64,000 nucleotides of DNA from a virus (IMGVR_UViG_3300010429_001696:96001-160000); one strand, 5' to 3'. Counted from the stretch's first letter, positions 43,945 through 55,909 are shown. The notes: generated from the letters alone by a model not told the origin. Program-made: numbers and translations.

Positions 43945-44742
43945 TTAATTTTTTTGATAGACCTTTATTTCTTGAACAACAAGCGGGCTTAATTCACCTT
44001 CAAAATATTCTTCAACACTATTGTTTATTATAATTCTCATATCTTCGAACATTCCATCTAACACTTCCTTTCCAGTTACATATAAAACAAGATAACCATT
44101 ATAATATATCTTTATGAAATCTTGTTCCCACCAAATATCATAATCTATAAATTCTTTCGTTACTTCATTAGGCATTCTATGCCAATAAGTGCCATACATT
44201 TTATGTTCGCCATCATCTCCTTTATAATGAACGTTTGTTGTTATATGACGATTTTTTTTATAATCATTTGTATATTCTGTCCAAGCTTCAACCATATCAA
44301 TTTCTGGTGGCCAGTTCCAACGACCCGTGAACCAAAGAGCTGGCCATAACCATTCACCACTTGGTAATTTAGCTTTAAAATGAAATATTCCATATTTCCA
44401 AGAATTTTTTGTCATCAATAATCCGATAGCATTTGGTATAGTTGTTGATATTGCTTCAAAATATTTAGGTTTGACAGATGCCGATAAATTCATGCCTTCA
44501 TATGTTTTAAAAAGTTGATCTTCATCAAACCAGACTTTTGGATCAGATGGATTATAAGGCTGCCCCCAATCCATATGCGGAAACCAATTTAAATTATAAT
44601 CCCCGCTGAAATTTTCATCAAATACTAAATTATAATCACTCGGTATATTCAAATCATTACCTCGCTCTGTTATATTAAAACAAAGTCTATATCTGGTTTT
44701 CAGTTCCAACCATATTCTAATAAAGTAATCTTTTGGTGTCAT
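43945..44742 (-). CDS. glycoside hydrolase family 16
   Basis: LVFDENFSG, WPALW, catalytic EIDMVE. Confidence 0.85.
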   Translation of the reverse strand: MTPKDYFIRIWLELKTRYRLCFNITERGNDLNIPSDYNLVFDENFSGDYNLNWFPHMDWGQPYNPSDPKVWFDEDQLFKTYEGMNLSASVKPKYFEAISTTIPNAIGLLMTKNSWKYGIFHFKAKLPSGEWLWPALWFTGRWNWPPEIDMVEAWTEYTNDYKKNRHITTNVHYKGDDGEHKMYGTYWHRMPNEVTKEFIDYDIWWEQDFIKIYYNGYLVLYVTGKEVLDGMFEDMRIIINNSVEEYFEGELSPLVVQEIKVYQKN

Positions 44743-44751
44743 AGTTTTTTA

Positions 44752-45783
44752 TTATTTTTTTATAAATTTTCCATATGTTTTTATTTCTCTAAATACTTTA
44801 TTATCAACAACTATTATTTTATCTTTCAATATTTCATTTCCATCATTCTTTACAACAAATCTTATTTCATATTTATCGCCATTATTATATTCCAATGTTT
44901 TATAATATCTAAACTCATGACTTATAACTTGATCAACAATATCATAAAATTTATTGTTTCTGTATATAATTATAAACAATTTTCTATTATCAATTTTATT
45001 TGAAGAGCTGAACCACACTACAAACTTTTCTTCGTCATTTTCTATTGGTAGAACAGTCGCATATTCAATTAGAGAAAATATATTTATTTTACTTCTTCTA
45101 AACAGATCTTTTTCATTTATTTGTTGAAGTAATATTTCATTTTTATAGTTCTTTAAAGAATGATAAACGAAATTTTCTAAACAATTTGTATTTGAGCCAA
45201 CTTTTTTTATTTCTTCGCTGTATATTTTTTCATTTGATATATAGACAAATTTATTTAAAAACCATTCGACATTTGTTATGAAAAATATTGTTTTATAGTG
45301 AATGCCCTCTTGCTCGGGAGTGCTCATAAAAAAGGCTTTTTTACCACTTCTATACATTTCATCGATTTTAGAATCTATAAGTTGTATGTCTTCGGCCGAA
45401 AATATTAGATCAAAATTTGAACATATGGCTGTTTCATAACCCATTGACTTGGCGGCTATTAGACCATTATAATAATTCAAATAGACCCCCAAAGCGTGAT
45501 TGAAATTATTGTCATTTTTTGTCAAATTGATTAGAGCGTAATATTCATCGCAATCGAACCAACTTTGAGTGAAATAATCGTGTCTTATCAGTGGATTATT
45601 TTTATCATAAATCGTATAATTTGCTAAATTTTGTATGTCTTTAGAAACTGGCGTATGCGAACACAATATAACTGGTTTATTGTTGTTTTTAAACGATTCT
45701 ACGGCTTCTTTTGTGATATCCTCTATACTGCTATAATTCGGATGAGATGTCATCACAACAACACTATTATTGTTCATAATCAA
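44752..45783 (-). CDS. hypothetical, possibly glycosyltransferase-related
   Basis: VILCSHTPV..YDKNNP..NFD..LE pattern; weak. Confidence 0.35.
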   Translation of the reverse strand: MIMNNNSVVVMTSHPNYSSIEDITKEAVESFKNNNKPVILCSHTPVSKDIQNLANYTIYDKNNPLIRHDYFTQSWFDCDEYYALINLTKNDNNFNHALGVYLNYYNGLIAAKSMGYETAICSNFDLIFSAEDIQLIDSKIDEMYRSGKKAFFMSTPEQEGIHYKTIFFITNVEWFLNKFVYISNEKIYSEEIKKVGSNTNCLENFVYHSLKNYKNEILLQQINEKDLFRRSKINIFSLIEYATVLPIENDEEKFVVWFSSSNKIDNRKLFIIIYRNNKFYDIVDQVISHEFRYYKTLEYNNGDKYEIRFVVKNDGNEILKDKIIVVDNKVFREIKTYGKFIKK

Positions 45784-47122
45784 TATATCTTTTTTTGAAT
45801 ATTTTGTTTAAACTATCAATAATTATTAATATATAAAAATAAAAAAAATACTATGGCTATATACGGTTATGATTATGATTATGATGATGGTGATGACTTC
45901 AAAAAGTTTATGAAAAAAATGAGGGAAAAAGAAGCGAAAGAAGAAGAAGATTTAAAAAAGAAAGATTTAGATGAATTTTTAGGTTTAGAACATCCTGATG
46001 AGCCTTCAAAAGAACAACCCAAAAAAGAAAAGAAACCAAAAAAAATATTCAATGTTGGCGATGTTTTAACGTTGAAAAAAACAAAACAGGGCAAATTACC
46101 AGATGAAGCTTATGATTTTTTAATGACTTATGGAAGATTTGATGTAATCGAAGTGAATGAGAATGGTAATTTATATTTGGGATTTGATAGGAACGGCGAA
46201 AAGTTCTTTTTCAATTCAAATCGTTTCGAGTTAAGAGCGCCGAACAAAGAAGAAGATAATTTCTTTGAAGATGAAATGGATGATTTTTAAAAATGAATCA
46301 ATTAATCGAACATAACGGGCACTATTATTTGTTGTCAGAAAAAAAAGTGAATGAAGCGGGTGGATATTATTATAATCCAAAGGGATTTATAATGCCAATT
46401 ACAGAAAAAAACTTTAGTGTTATAACAAAGAATGGTGGTAAAAAAATAATAGCTTCTACTGACACTGGGTTGGGTCTTCCGTCAATAAAAAATTTTATAA
46501 AATAACATTTTACATTTTTTTAATTTTATATATATGTAGAAAAAATATTGTCTATTTAAATGAAATTTATAAAAAAATTTGACAAACTAGATGAATCTTC
46601 TGTATATCCTTCCATTGAGGGATACTTTGATCAAATAAAAGATAAATTACCAGATGATGCATCGGATTTTTGTTTGAGAATAAAAGAAGAATTGAGCACC
46701 GTTCCATATATTAGCTCTCCAACAAACTCTATACCAGGTTTTTACATAGATATTTATGACGTAATAATTATCGAATATTATGATAACGGGGAAACATTAA
46801 AATTTGATATTCAAAGTAGCTTTGCTGATATATCCAATTATATAACTGCTCAAGCGGAAAAAGATAAATCTCTAGTTGATGAATTAACCGTAGGGCTAGA
46901 AAATGAAGAGCAGGATGATCTTTTTGATTACTACATAGAAGAAGTTTTAGATGAATTTGTTGAAATAATGAGAACCGCCGTAGATGATTTATGTCTGCAT
47001 CCAGATTTTCATAGAGTTTTTTATTTAGATGAAGAAGAAGTGGATGAAAATATAATTGTCAGAAGATTTAAACAAAAAATAAAAATAGGCGACTTGCCTT
47101 GGCATAAAAAGAAAGAGCAAAT

Positions 47123-48334
47123 ATGAAAGAAATAGCTTTTTTTGATTTAGATGATACTTTATGGAGAATAAAGGATGAATATATTTGGATAATAGATAAA
47201 GAAAAACCAAATAAACCACTTGTTGAGTTGGACAAAGTTGAATTCACAATGATAAAAAATAAGATGTATGTCAAGGATGATATTGCACTGAATTACAATG
47301 GACAAAAATTTTATATAAGCAAAGATCTTTTTGATATTTTAAAAAAGAAAGCCAATACTGAAAATGTTGAAAGATTTGGTATATCCTTTATACCACTGGT
47401 TAAAAAAGAAGAATTGGATAAAAAAGAAATTGAGGTCTTTGTAAAAAATATTGAGCATTTAAGATATAACAAATTTATTGAAATAGGAGTTTTGACAGCG
47501 AGATCCAATCAAAAAACTCACGCTGATTTATTGAACAGATTGAGAATCGAACTTAAAAAAATTGGTATAGAAATAAGTAAGATATTTTTCATGGGCAACG
47601 GTCTCCGACTCGGACACGATTATTACAGCAAAGTAAAAGTTTTATTGGAGCACCTGATAGGATTTAAAATAATTGATGGTAAATTTTCAAATGAAAAACA
47701 AGATTGGTATCAAAAAGTTGATTTCTATGACGATGATGCTAATAACATTGATTATGCGAATGATATACAAAAATATTTAAATGACGTTTTGAGAAAAACA
47801 GAAGACAACTTATTTAGAATAGTTATAAATAAAATAAAAGAGAATAAGTTGATACTAGAAACAAATTTGATAACTGGTAATGAAATTAATCGATTCAAGA
47901 GAAAAGTTATTGTTTTAGAAGAGCCTTTGAGATTTCCAATGGTGGATAAATTTAGCTATTTGAAAAAATTTGAACAATTTAATTTTGATGATCTATCTGA
48001 TGAAGAACTTTTCGGTGAAGATAAAAAATCAAAATTAATAATAGATATAAAAAATAAAATTGAGAAATATGGTAATCTTTCGATACGGGATTTTGCAATA
48101 GACCCTTGCGTGTATAATGATGAAATAGATGTGTCTGTCATAGAACAATTATATCCTGAAACCGTTTGGATTATGGTATATAGCGGATATGATTTTGAGG
48201 ATGAAATTGATGGATATGAAACGAGTTATGAAAATTTGACGGAAGAAAATTTAAAAGAAATATTGTATTTGATAGATGAAGCAATAAAAAATGGTTATAT
48301 AGACTTAGGGATTTTAAAAAATGATAATGAATAA
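47123..48334 (+). CDS. HAD-superfamily protein fused to a tagged C-terminal domain
   Basis: FFDLDDTL, LTAR, FYDDD; internal YLKKFEQFNFDDLSDEELFG then a domain paralogous to 48676..49071. Confidence 0.7.
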   Translation: MKEIAFFDLDDTLWRIKDEYIWIIDKEKPNKPLVELDKVEFTMIKNKMYVKDDIALNYNGQKFYISKDLFDILKKKANTENVERFGISFIPLVKKEELDKKEIEVFVKNIEHLRYNKFIEIGVLTARSNQKTHADLLNRLRIELKKIGIEISKIFFMGNGLRLGHDYYSKVKVLLEHLIGFKIIDGKFSNEKQDWYQKVDFYDDDANNIDYANDIQKYLNDVLRKTEDNLFRIVINKIKENKLILETNLITGNEINRFKRKVIVLEEPLRFPMVDKFSYLKKFEQFNFDDLSDEELFGEDKKSKLIIDIKNKIEKYGNLSIRDFAIDPCVYNDEIDVSVIEQLYPETVWIMVYSGYDFEDEIDGYETSYENLTEENLKEILYLIDEAIKNGYIDLGILKNDNE

Positions 48335-48673
48335 ATGATATTTTTAAAACTATACGAACAATTTGATTTTGAAGATCTATCAGACGAGGAGATTTTTGGG
48401 AAAGAATCGAACAAAGGACCTTATGATGATACCTTGATATTTGGAAAGAATGGACCTGAATTTAAAGCCGGCGATAGAGTCGTTTGTTTTTATCATTCAG
48501 ATTACAATTATAATATTATAAATAAAATTGGAACCGTTGTTGAATATTATACAGATGGGTATTATCATATTTGTTTCGATGATGATGTTAATGGTCACAT
48601 GTTTTCGGTAAATAATATACCAAAAGGGCATGGATGGAATTTGAAATTTAGTATATTGAAAAAAATAAATTAA
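48335..48673 (+). CDS. tagged protein with SH3/KOW-like domain
   Basis: MIFLKLYEQFDFEDLSDEEIFG; FKAGDRVV..GTVV..ICFD. Confidence 0.6.
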   Translation: MIFLKLYEQFDFEDLSDEEIFGKESNKGPYDDTLIFGKNGPEFKAGDRVVCFYHSDYNYNIINKIGTVVEYYTDGYYHICFDDDVNGHMFSVNNIPKGHGWNLKFSILKKIN

Positions 48674-48675
48674 AT

Positions 48676-49071
48676 ATGAACAATTTGAAAAAATTTGAGC
48701 GATTTGATTTTGAGGATTTATCTGATGAGGATCTTTTTGGGAAAGATGAAAAAGTTAAAAAGGATTCTAAATCAGATTTAATAATCAATATAAAAAATAA
48801 AGTTGAAAAATATGGGGGAAGTCTCTCAATGGCTGATTTGGAGGCGGATTCTTCTCCTGTTTTTATTGAAAGAAGGCGAGAAATCCATCTTATAGAATAT
48901 TTATATGAGGAATCCGTTGGCGTCGTGCCATATGGTGGCTATAAATATGAAGATGTTGGAAATGAATATGACGTTGAATATGAAGAGTTGGATAAAAAAA
49001 TCTTAAAAGAAATATTAAATTTATTGGATAACGCAATAGAAAGAGGTTATATAGAAGAAGATGAAATCTAA
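48676..49071 (+). CDS. tagged hypothetical protein
   Basis: MNNLKKFERFDFEDLSDEDLFG. Confidence 0.7.
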   Translation: MNNLKKFERFDFEDLSDEDLFGKDEKVKKDSKSDLIINIKNKVEKYGGSLSMADLEADSSPVFIERRREIHLIEYLYEESVGVVPYGGYKYEDVGNEYDVEYEELDKKILKEILNLLDNAIERGYIEEDEI

Positions 49072-51052
49072 AAAAAAAAATAAAATGAAAATGAAAATGA
49101 AAAGAATAAACGAGCAAGAAACTCCTGATTTCACAACATATGATGAAAAAGGATTAGCCAAGGCCTTCATAAAGTTAGAAGATAAAGTTAAAAAAATGAA
49201 TGACAAAATTGATCAATTGAGCACTGATATGGCTTTAATGATGAAGATAACAAAGAAGAAAAATAAATATAAAAAATAATAAAAATAGAATGGCACTTAG
49301 AAAATATGATGAATTTAAAAATTTCATAGAATTCAATTCATTGGATAAGATTTTACAAATCTTGAAAGAATACTTACCAGAAAATCTGAAATATATTAGA
49401 ATATATCAAGATAGAGTTGGATATCAGCAATATGATTTGCATTTAGACTATTATGATGATAGATGGAGAAAAATAAGGCTAGGCACATTACCAATAGATT
49501 TTGCTCTTGAAATTAGTGAAAGGGGGGATTTTGAAGTATATGACGATTATATAGAAGATTGTATATTGAATACGTTAACTGGATTTAATCGTTTAAAAGA
49601 TGTCAATTGGAAAGATATTACTGGCGAATTTTATGAAAAGATAAGACCAGAAACCGAATACTTTTATAAAGTAAAAAATTAAACATTCGCTGGTTTTTTC
49701 TTTATATAAAAGAAAAATTCAATTTCGATGAAAAAAAGTAGTAGTGGCGACATAAATTATGAGCTTGAATATCTGCGCTCTGAAAACGAAAAATTAAAAA
49801 GACAGTTAGATAAAATAAACACAAAAACATCAAAATCGTTTGAGAATGATATAGCTCAACTTTTACAAATTTCTATGAAAATGAAAGCGTTGCTCGAAGC
49901 ATGCAGGGCCCAATCTTTGCCACTAGAACTTGGAAGACAAATTGATAAAGTTATAGCCGAGATTGAAAATTATTAAAAAATAAAAATAAAAAATGAGTAA
50001 ATTGTTTAACGACTTGATGAAAATCTACGATGATAACTCATCAGAAATAAAATCGAATAAAAAATTATTGGAAAAGAATTTGTCGAAAAAAGACTATTCT
50101 GTTGTGGATTCAATTAACACTAGAACAAAATGTTGTGAAGAATTTGATTTAAAATTGAAGCACATTTTAAAAGAACATTTTAAAACTGATATAGAAACAT
50201 CCGTACCAGAACTTGAAAAAGAATATCAAAAACAATGTGAATATAGTAAAGGGGCTTGGGATATGTATGGTAGTGAATTGGCTGGAGATTTTAATTCAGG
50301 TGAAATAAAAGCTTTAAAAAAATTGAATTTATATAAAGGACTTTTAAAATGAAAAAAGTAAAAAAATATAACAAATTATTAAAGGATGGATACTTAATGA
50401 AAAGGTATGATGATTATAAGAATCCTGAAAATGATTCAAAGAGAAAACATGATGATGAGTTAACGAATGAAGAATTTTCAAAAATTGATTGGACTAAATT
50501 TAAAATAGTAGTTCCAACTTTAAAGGACAAAAAGGAGCTAGAGGAAGCGATTCATTATTTACATAATCAAAGAATAGATACAGATTATATTGTCGTCAAT
50601 CAATTAGTTCATAGATATTTAGGATTAGAAGAAGGTTATGAAAATAATATTATTGTTGATGGAGAATTATTTGATCAGTTACCAGAATACAGAAAAATAA
50701 CGAACTAAAAAAATCTTTTAAAATGAAGAATATTGATGAAAAGATAAAAGAAAAAATGAAATTATGGAAATTATAAAAAATAATAAAAGATATTTTTATA
50801 GTATGCCAACATTTAAAGATGTTGATTATTCATATATAGCCGATATTTTATCAGATCTTGATATAGAGAGATGTAGAATAAATATAAAGTTTTGTTGGAT
50901 ATTTTCTAAAAACAAAATACTTACAAAGTTGAAACATAAATTTAAAAATAAAGAAATATCATATGATGGCGTGGATATTTATGATAATACTCACATGTAT
51001 ACTATAAAATTGGTAAAAGATGACGAATTTGAAAAAATAAATTTATAAATAA

Positions 51053-52015
51053 ATGGCTAAACTATACTTTAGATACTCAACCATGAACGCTGGTAAATCA
51101 ATTGATTTGCTGAAAGTTTCGCACAACTACGAAGAAACTGGATTAAAGACCGTTTGTTTAACGTCGGCAAAAGATAATCGTTATGGCGTTGGTAAAATAA
51201 CATCTAGAATTGGTATATCAAAAGATGCAATAGCGGTTGATGACGACACAAATATTTATGAAATTGTAGATAAAATGGAAGAGATGCCAGCATGTATTTT
51301 GGTAGATGAATCACAATTTTTAACCAAGAAACAGGTTTTTGAATTAGCCGATATTGTTGATAAATTGGAGATACCTGTTGTTTGCTATGGGCTGAGATCA
51401 GATTTTCAAATGGAAGGATTTCCAGCATCTATAACTCTTATGTCAATAGCTGATTCAATAGAAGAGCTAAAAACGATTTGTTATGAATGTGGTGAGAAGA
51501 AAGCTATTGTTAATGCTCGTTATATGAAAAATGATTTTAAATATAAAAAAGATATTGTAGAAAATGGTGATCAAATTATGGTTGGTGGAAATGATAGTTA
51601 TATGCCGTTATGTAGAAAATGCTTTAAATTTCTTGTCGAAAAAAGTAAAAAATTAAACTCAAAAGATGAGGAGATTATACCAACTGGCTCATATTGTTAT
51701 ATACCAATAAGTTATGATAATAATAACAATGCTTTAAATATAGAGCTTTGCCCCTATTATGATTACAGAATATTTAAAGATGGCGAAGGAGAAATTCATT
51801 TGCCTTATTGTCATTATTTAGAAGCTGGCTCGATACCAAAAGATGGTAGTTGGGAAAATAATGAATTTGAAAGATTAAAGAAATTATTAAAAATTGTAGA
51901 TGATGAGGAGTTGTGGGAGCTGTTTCCAGTTGATCTGCTTTTTGACCAATGTAAAGAGTGCGGCATAAATGATGAAGATGACGATGATATAGATGAATAT
52001 GCAAAATTAAATTAA
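51053..52015 (+). CDS. tdk: thymidine kinase with Cys-containing C-terminal extension
   Basis: YSTMNAGKS, LVDESQFL, YGLRSDF, zinc CxxC pairs. Confidence 0.9.
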   Translation: MAKLYFRYSTMNAGKSIDLLKVSHNYEETGLKTVCLTSAKDNRYGVGKITSRIGISKDAIAVDDDTNIYEIVDKMEEMPACILVDESQFLTKKQVFELADIVDKLEIPVVCYGLRSDFQMEGFPASITLMSIADSIEELKTICYECGEKKAIVNARYMKNDFKYKKDIVENGDQIMVGGNDSYMPLCRKCFKFLVEKSKKLNSKDEEIIPTGSYCYIPISYDNNNNALNIELCPYYDYRIFKDGEGEIHLPYCHYLEAGSIPKDGSWENNEFERLKKLLKIVDDEELWELFPVDLLFDQCKECGINDEDDDDIDEYAKLN

Positions 52016-52205
52016 GAAAAGATTTGAGAACTAGATATAAATTCATTAAAAAACAATTATGGATATCTATATGCTCGATGCATAGAGAATATGAAAAAGA
52101 TTGTAATCTCTGTAATCACGGACATTGGGAATATTATTATATTGTTCCCGAGAATATGGATAATTTGGACAAACAGAAGAATGAAATATAAGTTTATTCA
52201 ATAAA

Positions 52206-52636
52206 TGAACTACCACTACACTAAAAGATGTGGTGGTTTCTGGAACACGAATGTTCCTTTTTTTTAAGCGCTTCAAAGCTTGTGCCGGACAAGTCCGGTC
52301 TTATTTTTGCTCCACGCTCGTAATCGGCAGTTCCAGCCGATCGGTCTTAAAAAAACCAATAATGTTGTTTGTTGTTTTCGCATTGGCACATCCTGTTTTT
52401 CAAGGGGAGGCATAGCGGCATCGTACAAGACGATGTTAAAATTAAGTCATTAATGCTTGGTTTTCGCTGACTACTTTTATGATTTTACCTGGATCAAGTT
52501 TTTGATCCAGAACCATATATCATCACGTCAAAGAACTTTAAACTATTTCTAGTTAAATGTATATATTAAATAATTTGAGTCATTTTTTGTCAAATTCATC
52601 AACTAAACTAAAGATTTAGTGGTTTTCTTTGACAGG
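52206..52636 (-). mobile_element. non-autonomous IS200/IS605-type element with omegaRNA-like right end, no transposase or tnpB ORF
   Basis: Left-end hairpin gaaaaccactaaatctttagtttagttg (~52600-52627) and right-end hairpin gaaaccaccacatcttttagtgtagtggtagttca; GGAACTGCCGATTACGAGCGTGGAGC...TAAGACC resembles tnpB 3' scaffolds; left boundary approximate. Confidence 0.7.
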
Positions 52637-52665
52637 TAATTATAAAAAAATAAAGAAAAATAGAA

Positions 52666-53718
52666 ATGAATAAAGATTCAAAAATTTTTGTAGCTGGTCA
52701 TAGTGGTATGGTTGGCTCGGCAATTCTAAGAAAGTTAAAAAAAGAAGGATATGAAAACATAATAACTCGCACACATGAAGAGCTGGATTTGTCAAATCAA
52801 AATGCGACTCTGGAATTTTTTATGAAAAATAGACCTGAATATGTTTTTGTTGCGGCAGCCAAGGTCGGTGGTATATATGCCAATAACACATATAGAGCAG
52901 AGTTCATATATAATAATTTAATCATAGAATGCAATGTTATACATTCAGCTTATTTGAGCGGTGTTAAGAAAATACTCTATTTAGGTAGTAGCTGCATTTA
53001 TCCTCGTGAATGTCCTCAACCAATAAAAGAAGAATATTTATTAACTAGCGAGCTAGAAAAAACAAATGAGCCATATGCTGTTGCGAAAATAGCTGGTATA
53101 AAATTATGTGAAAGTTATTATAAACAATATGGTTGTGATTATATTTCTGTGATGCCAACCAACCTCTTCGGAAATAACGATAATTACAATCTGGAAACAT
53201 CTCACGTGCTGCCAGCGATGATAAGAAAAATTCATCTAGCAAAACTATATCACAACAATGATTGTGAGAATTTAATGAAAGATTTGAAAATGAAAAAGGA
53301 AGATGTAGTAGAATTTCTTAACAAACATGGTATATTTGAAGATGGAAAAGACACTTATTTAAAATTGTGGGGAAGCGGCTCACCATATAGAGAATTTATG
53401 CATGTCGATGACGCGGCCGATGCCTGCCTTTTTGTTATGAATGATGTTAATAGTAAAGACATATATGATAGTGGAATATCGCAAATAAATATAGGAACTG
53501 GCAAAGACCAGACATTAGAGGAAATAGCTTATATTATTAAAGATATTGTTGGTTATGAAGGAAAAATAGTATGGGACACAACAAAACCAGATGGAACACC
53601 AAAGAAACAACTTGATGTCAGTTTGATTAATTCTTTGGGGTGGAGATATAAGATACCACTGGAAGATGGCATAGAAATGACGTATAAAAATTATTTGGAA
53701 ACTTACGCTAAAAAATGA
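52666..53718 (+). CDS. fcl: GDP-L-fucose synthase
   Basis: GHSGMVG, AAAKVGGI, LGSSCIYP, YAVAK, SHVLPA, WGSGSPYREF. Confidence 0.95.
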   Translation: MNKDSKIFVAGHSGMVGSAILRKLKKEGYENIITRTHEELDLSNQNATLEFFMKNRPEYVFVAAAKVGGIYANNTYRAEFIYNNLIIECNVIHSAYLSGVKKILYLGSSCIYPRECPQPIKEEYLLTSELEKTNEPYAVAKIAGIKLCESYYKQYGCDYISVMPTNLFGNNDNYNLETSHVLPAMIRKIHLAKLYHNNDCENLMKDLKMKKEDVVEFLNKHGIFEDGKDTYLKLWGSGSPYREFMHVDDAADACLFVMNDVNSKDIYDSGISQINIGTGKDQTLEEIAYIIKDIVGYEGKIVWDTTKPDGTPKKQLDVSLINSLGWRYKIPLEDGIEMTYKNYLETYAKK

Positions 53719-53890
53719 AAATTTTTAAGAAAATAAAAAGTTGGCTCAGCCTCCCAAAGAAATATAAGAAAAAAGAAAATTTGGATGAAACCAATCCGAA
53801 TATAAATCCTTTTTCTTATAAAGGCACTATGTTTTTTGAGAAACAGAGTAAAAAATTAATTAGATGAATAAAAAATTGAAATAAAATATT

Positions 53891-54565
53891 TTACAATATT
53901 TTAAAATAATAAGTATTGTTTATGTGAAGAATCTCATAATTTTTAAAAGAATCTTCAATTGATTTTTTATAGAAATTTATCTTCTTTTTATTTTCTGTTT
54001 CATCTATTATTAGAACAACCGGTTTACTCATTTTTTCTATTTCTTTAGATAGAATATATGATATAGCATTGAATATCTTTATAATATCTCCTTTATTTGT
54101 TTCTCTTTCGAAAATGTTTCTTAACTCTGAAAATCGAACATCATTATTTCGTATAAATCTATCCAAATAGATGATATATTTTCTATATTGCTCTTCTGTC
54201 GTAAATGCCACATTATACATTTTATAATTTTTTAACTCTGGGACATTATCAAAAATTGTCTCTAATAAAAGAACATAATCTGTGTTATTAATGGTAAAAT
54301 GATATTCGAAATCAGTCAAATTTTTATATCTTGGCGATTCTATAGGATTAACAAAATAAGAAATATATTTTGGATTAAATTTTATCTCATTCACTAGATT
54401 TTCAAATTCGCTATATCTCGGTATTGAATGTTTGAATTTTCCATCTGGATGATAATTAATAGCGTCGCCTAACTCCTTAACTATTTCGTCATAAGTTTTG
54501 CGTTCTTTTATTAACTGACGATATTTATCATTCACTTCTTTTGTCCAAAATTGATTAAATTTCAT
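53891..54565 (-). CDS. hypothetical protein
   Basis: 224 aa, MKFNQF start, AATATATA box upstream. Confidence 0.6.
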   Translation of the reverse strand: MKFNQFWTKEVNDKYRQLIKERKTYDEIVKELGDAINYHPDGKFKHSIPRYSEFENLVNEIKFNPKYISYFVNPIESPRYKNLTDFEYHFTINNTDYVLLLETIFDNVPELKNYKMYNVAFTTEEQYRKYIIYLDRFIRNNDVRFSELRNIFERETNKGDIIKIFNAISYILSKEIEKMSKPVVLIIDETENKKKINFYKKSIEDSFKNYEILHINNTYYFKIL

Positions 54566-55319
54566 AATCTTATATATTCAAAAATTTAAATATAGTTTTT
54601 TATATATATTTTCATATATGAATAAACTAGATAGAATTTATGTGAATCTTCGCCAAACATCTTTATATCTTTTCGAGATTCTATTAATACATCATTAATA
54701 AATCCAAAGAATTCTTTTGGCGCTCCAACATTAAATTTTTCTTTACATTTGTTTCAAAATCAGTCATTTAAAATTAAAAAACAGGCACTTCTATCTCAGG
54801 TCCTATTCTTTCAATTTCATCCATATATATACCATTACTTGAAGAATCTCCCATACCGCCAGGTAAGAAGCATTCGTCACCTTCCTCATACGAGGAAAAT
54901 GAATCTGGTCCTTCATAATAACAAGGTGTTGGTCTATCATATCCTTTAATTAAAATCCAATACCATCCACTTTTTTGTGGTATTTTTTTGTCGTTTTTAA
55001 ATTTTTTAATTTTCATATCGTTTTAATTTAATCATTTATTTAAATTTTTCTTTACATTCGTCTATTATTTCTATAATCTTCATATCTTTATATTTTTCCA
55101 TTATTTCTATTATATCATCACAATAAACATATATAACTGATTGTTTAAATTTTTCATTGTTTTCTAAATAAGAATTCAAAAATTCTTTAGCGTCCATTTA
55201 TTTTTTTTTAATTTTTTAATTTATATGAAAAAAAAATAAGAGTTTTGTTTTATTTTATGTGACGAAAAAAATAATAAGAATTGACTTAAATATTTTTATA
55301 TATACAATAAAAAACATTA

Positions 55320-55548
55320 GATGGTTCATTTTATTTAGCTAAAATAAATATCCTAGATATGAATTTACAAATAAATCGATTCAAATAATGAATATGTTTA
55401 GTGATTGCTTAAAATATTATAATATTGAACATAAAATTAGAACAAGAAAAAATGGTGTTATGGACATATTCATCCAATCAAGAAAAAAGGTAAATTTTTT
55501 ATATTCAATTTTGAATGAAAAATATAAAATGAAAAGATGGAAATTTTG
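55320..55548 (+). pseudogene. LAGLIDADG-like endonuclease remnant
   Basis: DGSFYLA / NKYPRYEFTNKSIQIMNMFSDCL with a frameshift at ~55340, no N-terminal half. Confidence 0.5.
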
Positions 55549-55635
55549 TGCCGAAGACGGGAGTCGAACCCGTATGCTCACCTGAGCACGGCTTTTTAAG
55601 AGCCGCATGTATACCACAAATTCCATCACTTCGGC
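55549..55635 (-). tRNA. tRNA-Leu(TAA)
   Basis: GCCGAAG/CTTCGGC acceptor, CGGCT-CTTAAAA-AGCCG anticodon arm, long variable arm, GGTTCGA, discriminator A. Confidence 0.9.
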
Positions 55636-55909
55636 ATTTAATTTTTTTCAAAGAACTTCTTTTATATAATAGAAAATATTAATAGTTTATATATTTTTGA
55701 AATAACGACATAATTTAAAGACATCTCCTTCTTTAAAATCATATCTTTTTCTTGTATCACAAGCAACATCCCCAACCATACCATAATATCCAAAACATTT
55801 TTCTATTTCATGTTTAGAAAGCGAGCAATTGTCGTTTATGCCGTTCAATCTTTCATCCAATGTGTGTTTTTTATTATCCATTTTTAATTGTTTTATTATT
55901 TTTCATTTG

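Noticed and set aside
52206-52636. IStron, or real proteins from ORFs 52067..52276 and 52230..52415
   Set aside because: No group I P7 elements recognised; the short ORFs run across hairpins and show no motifs.
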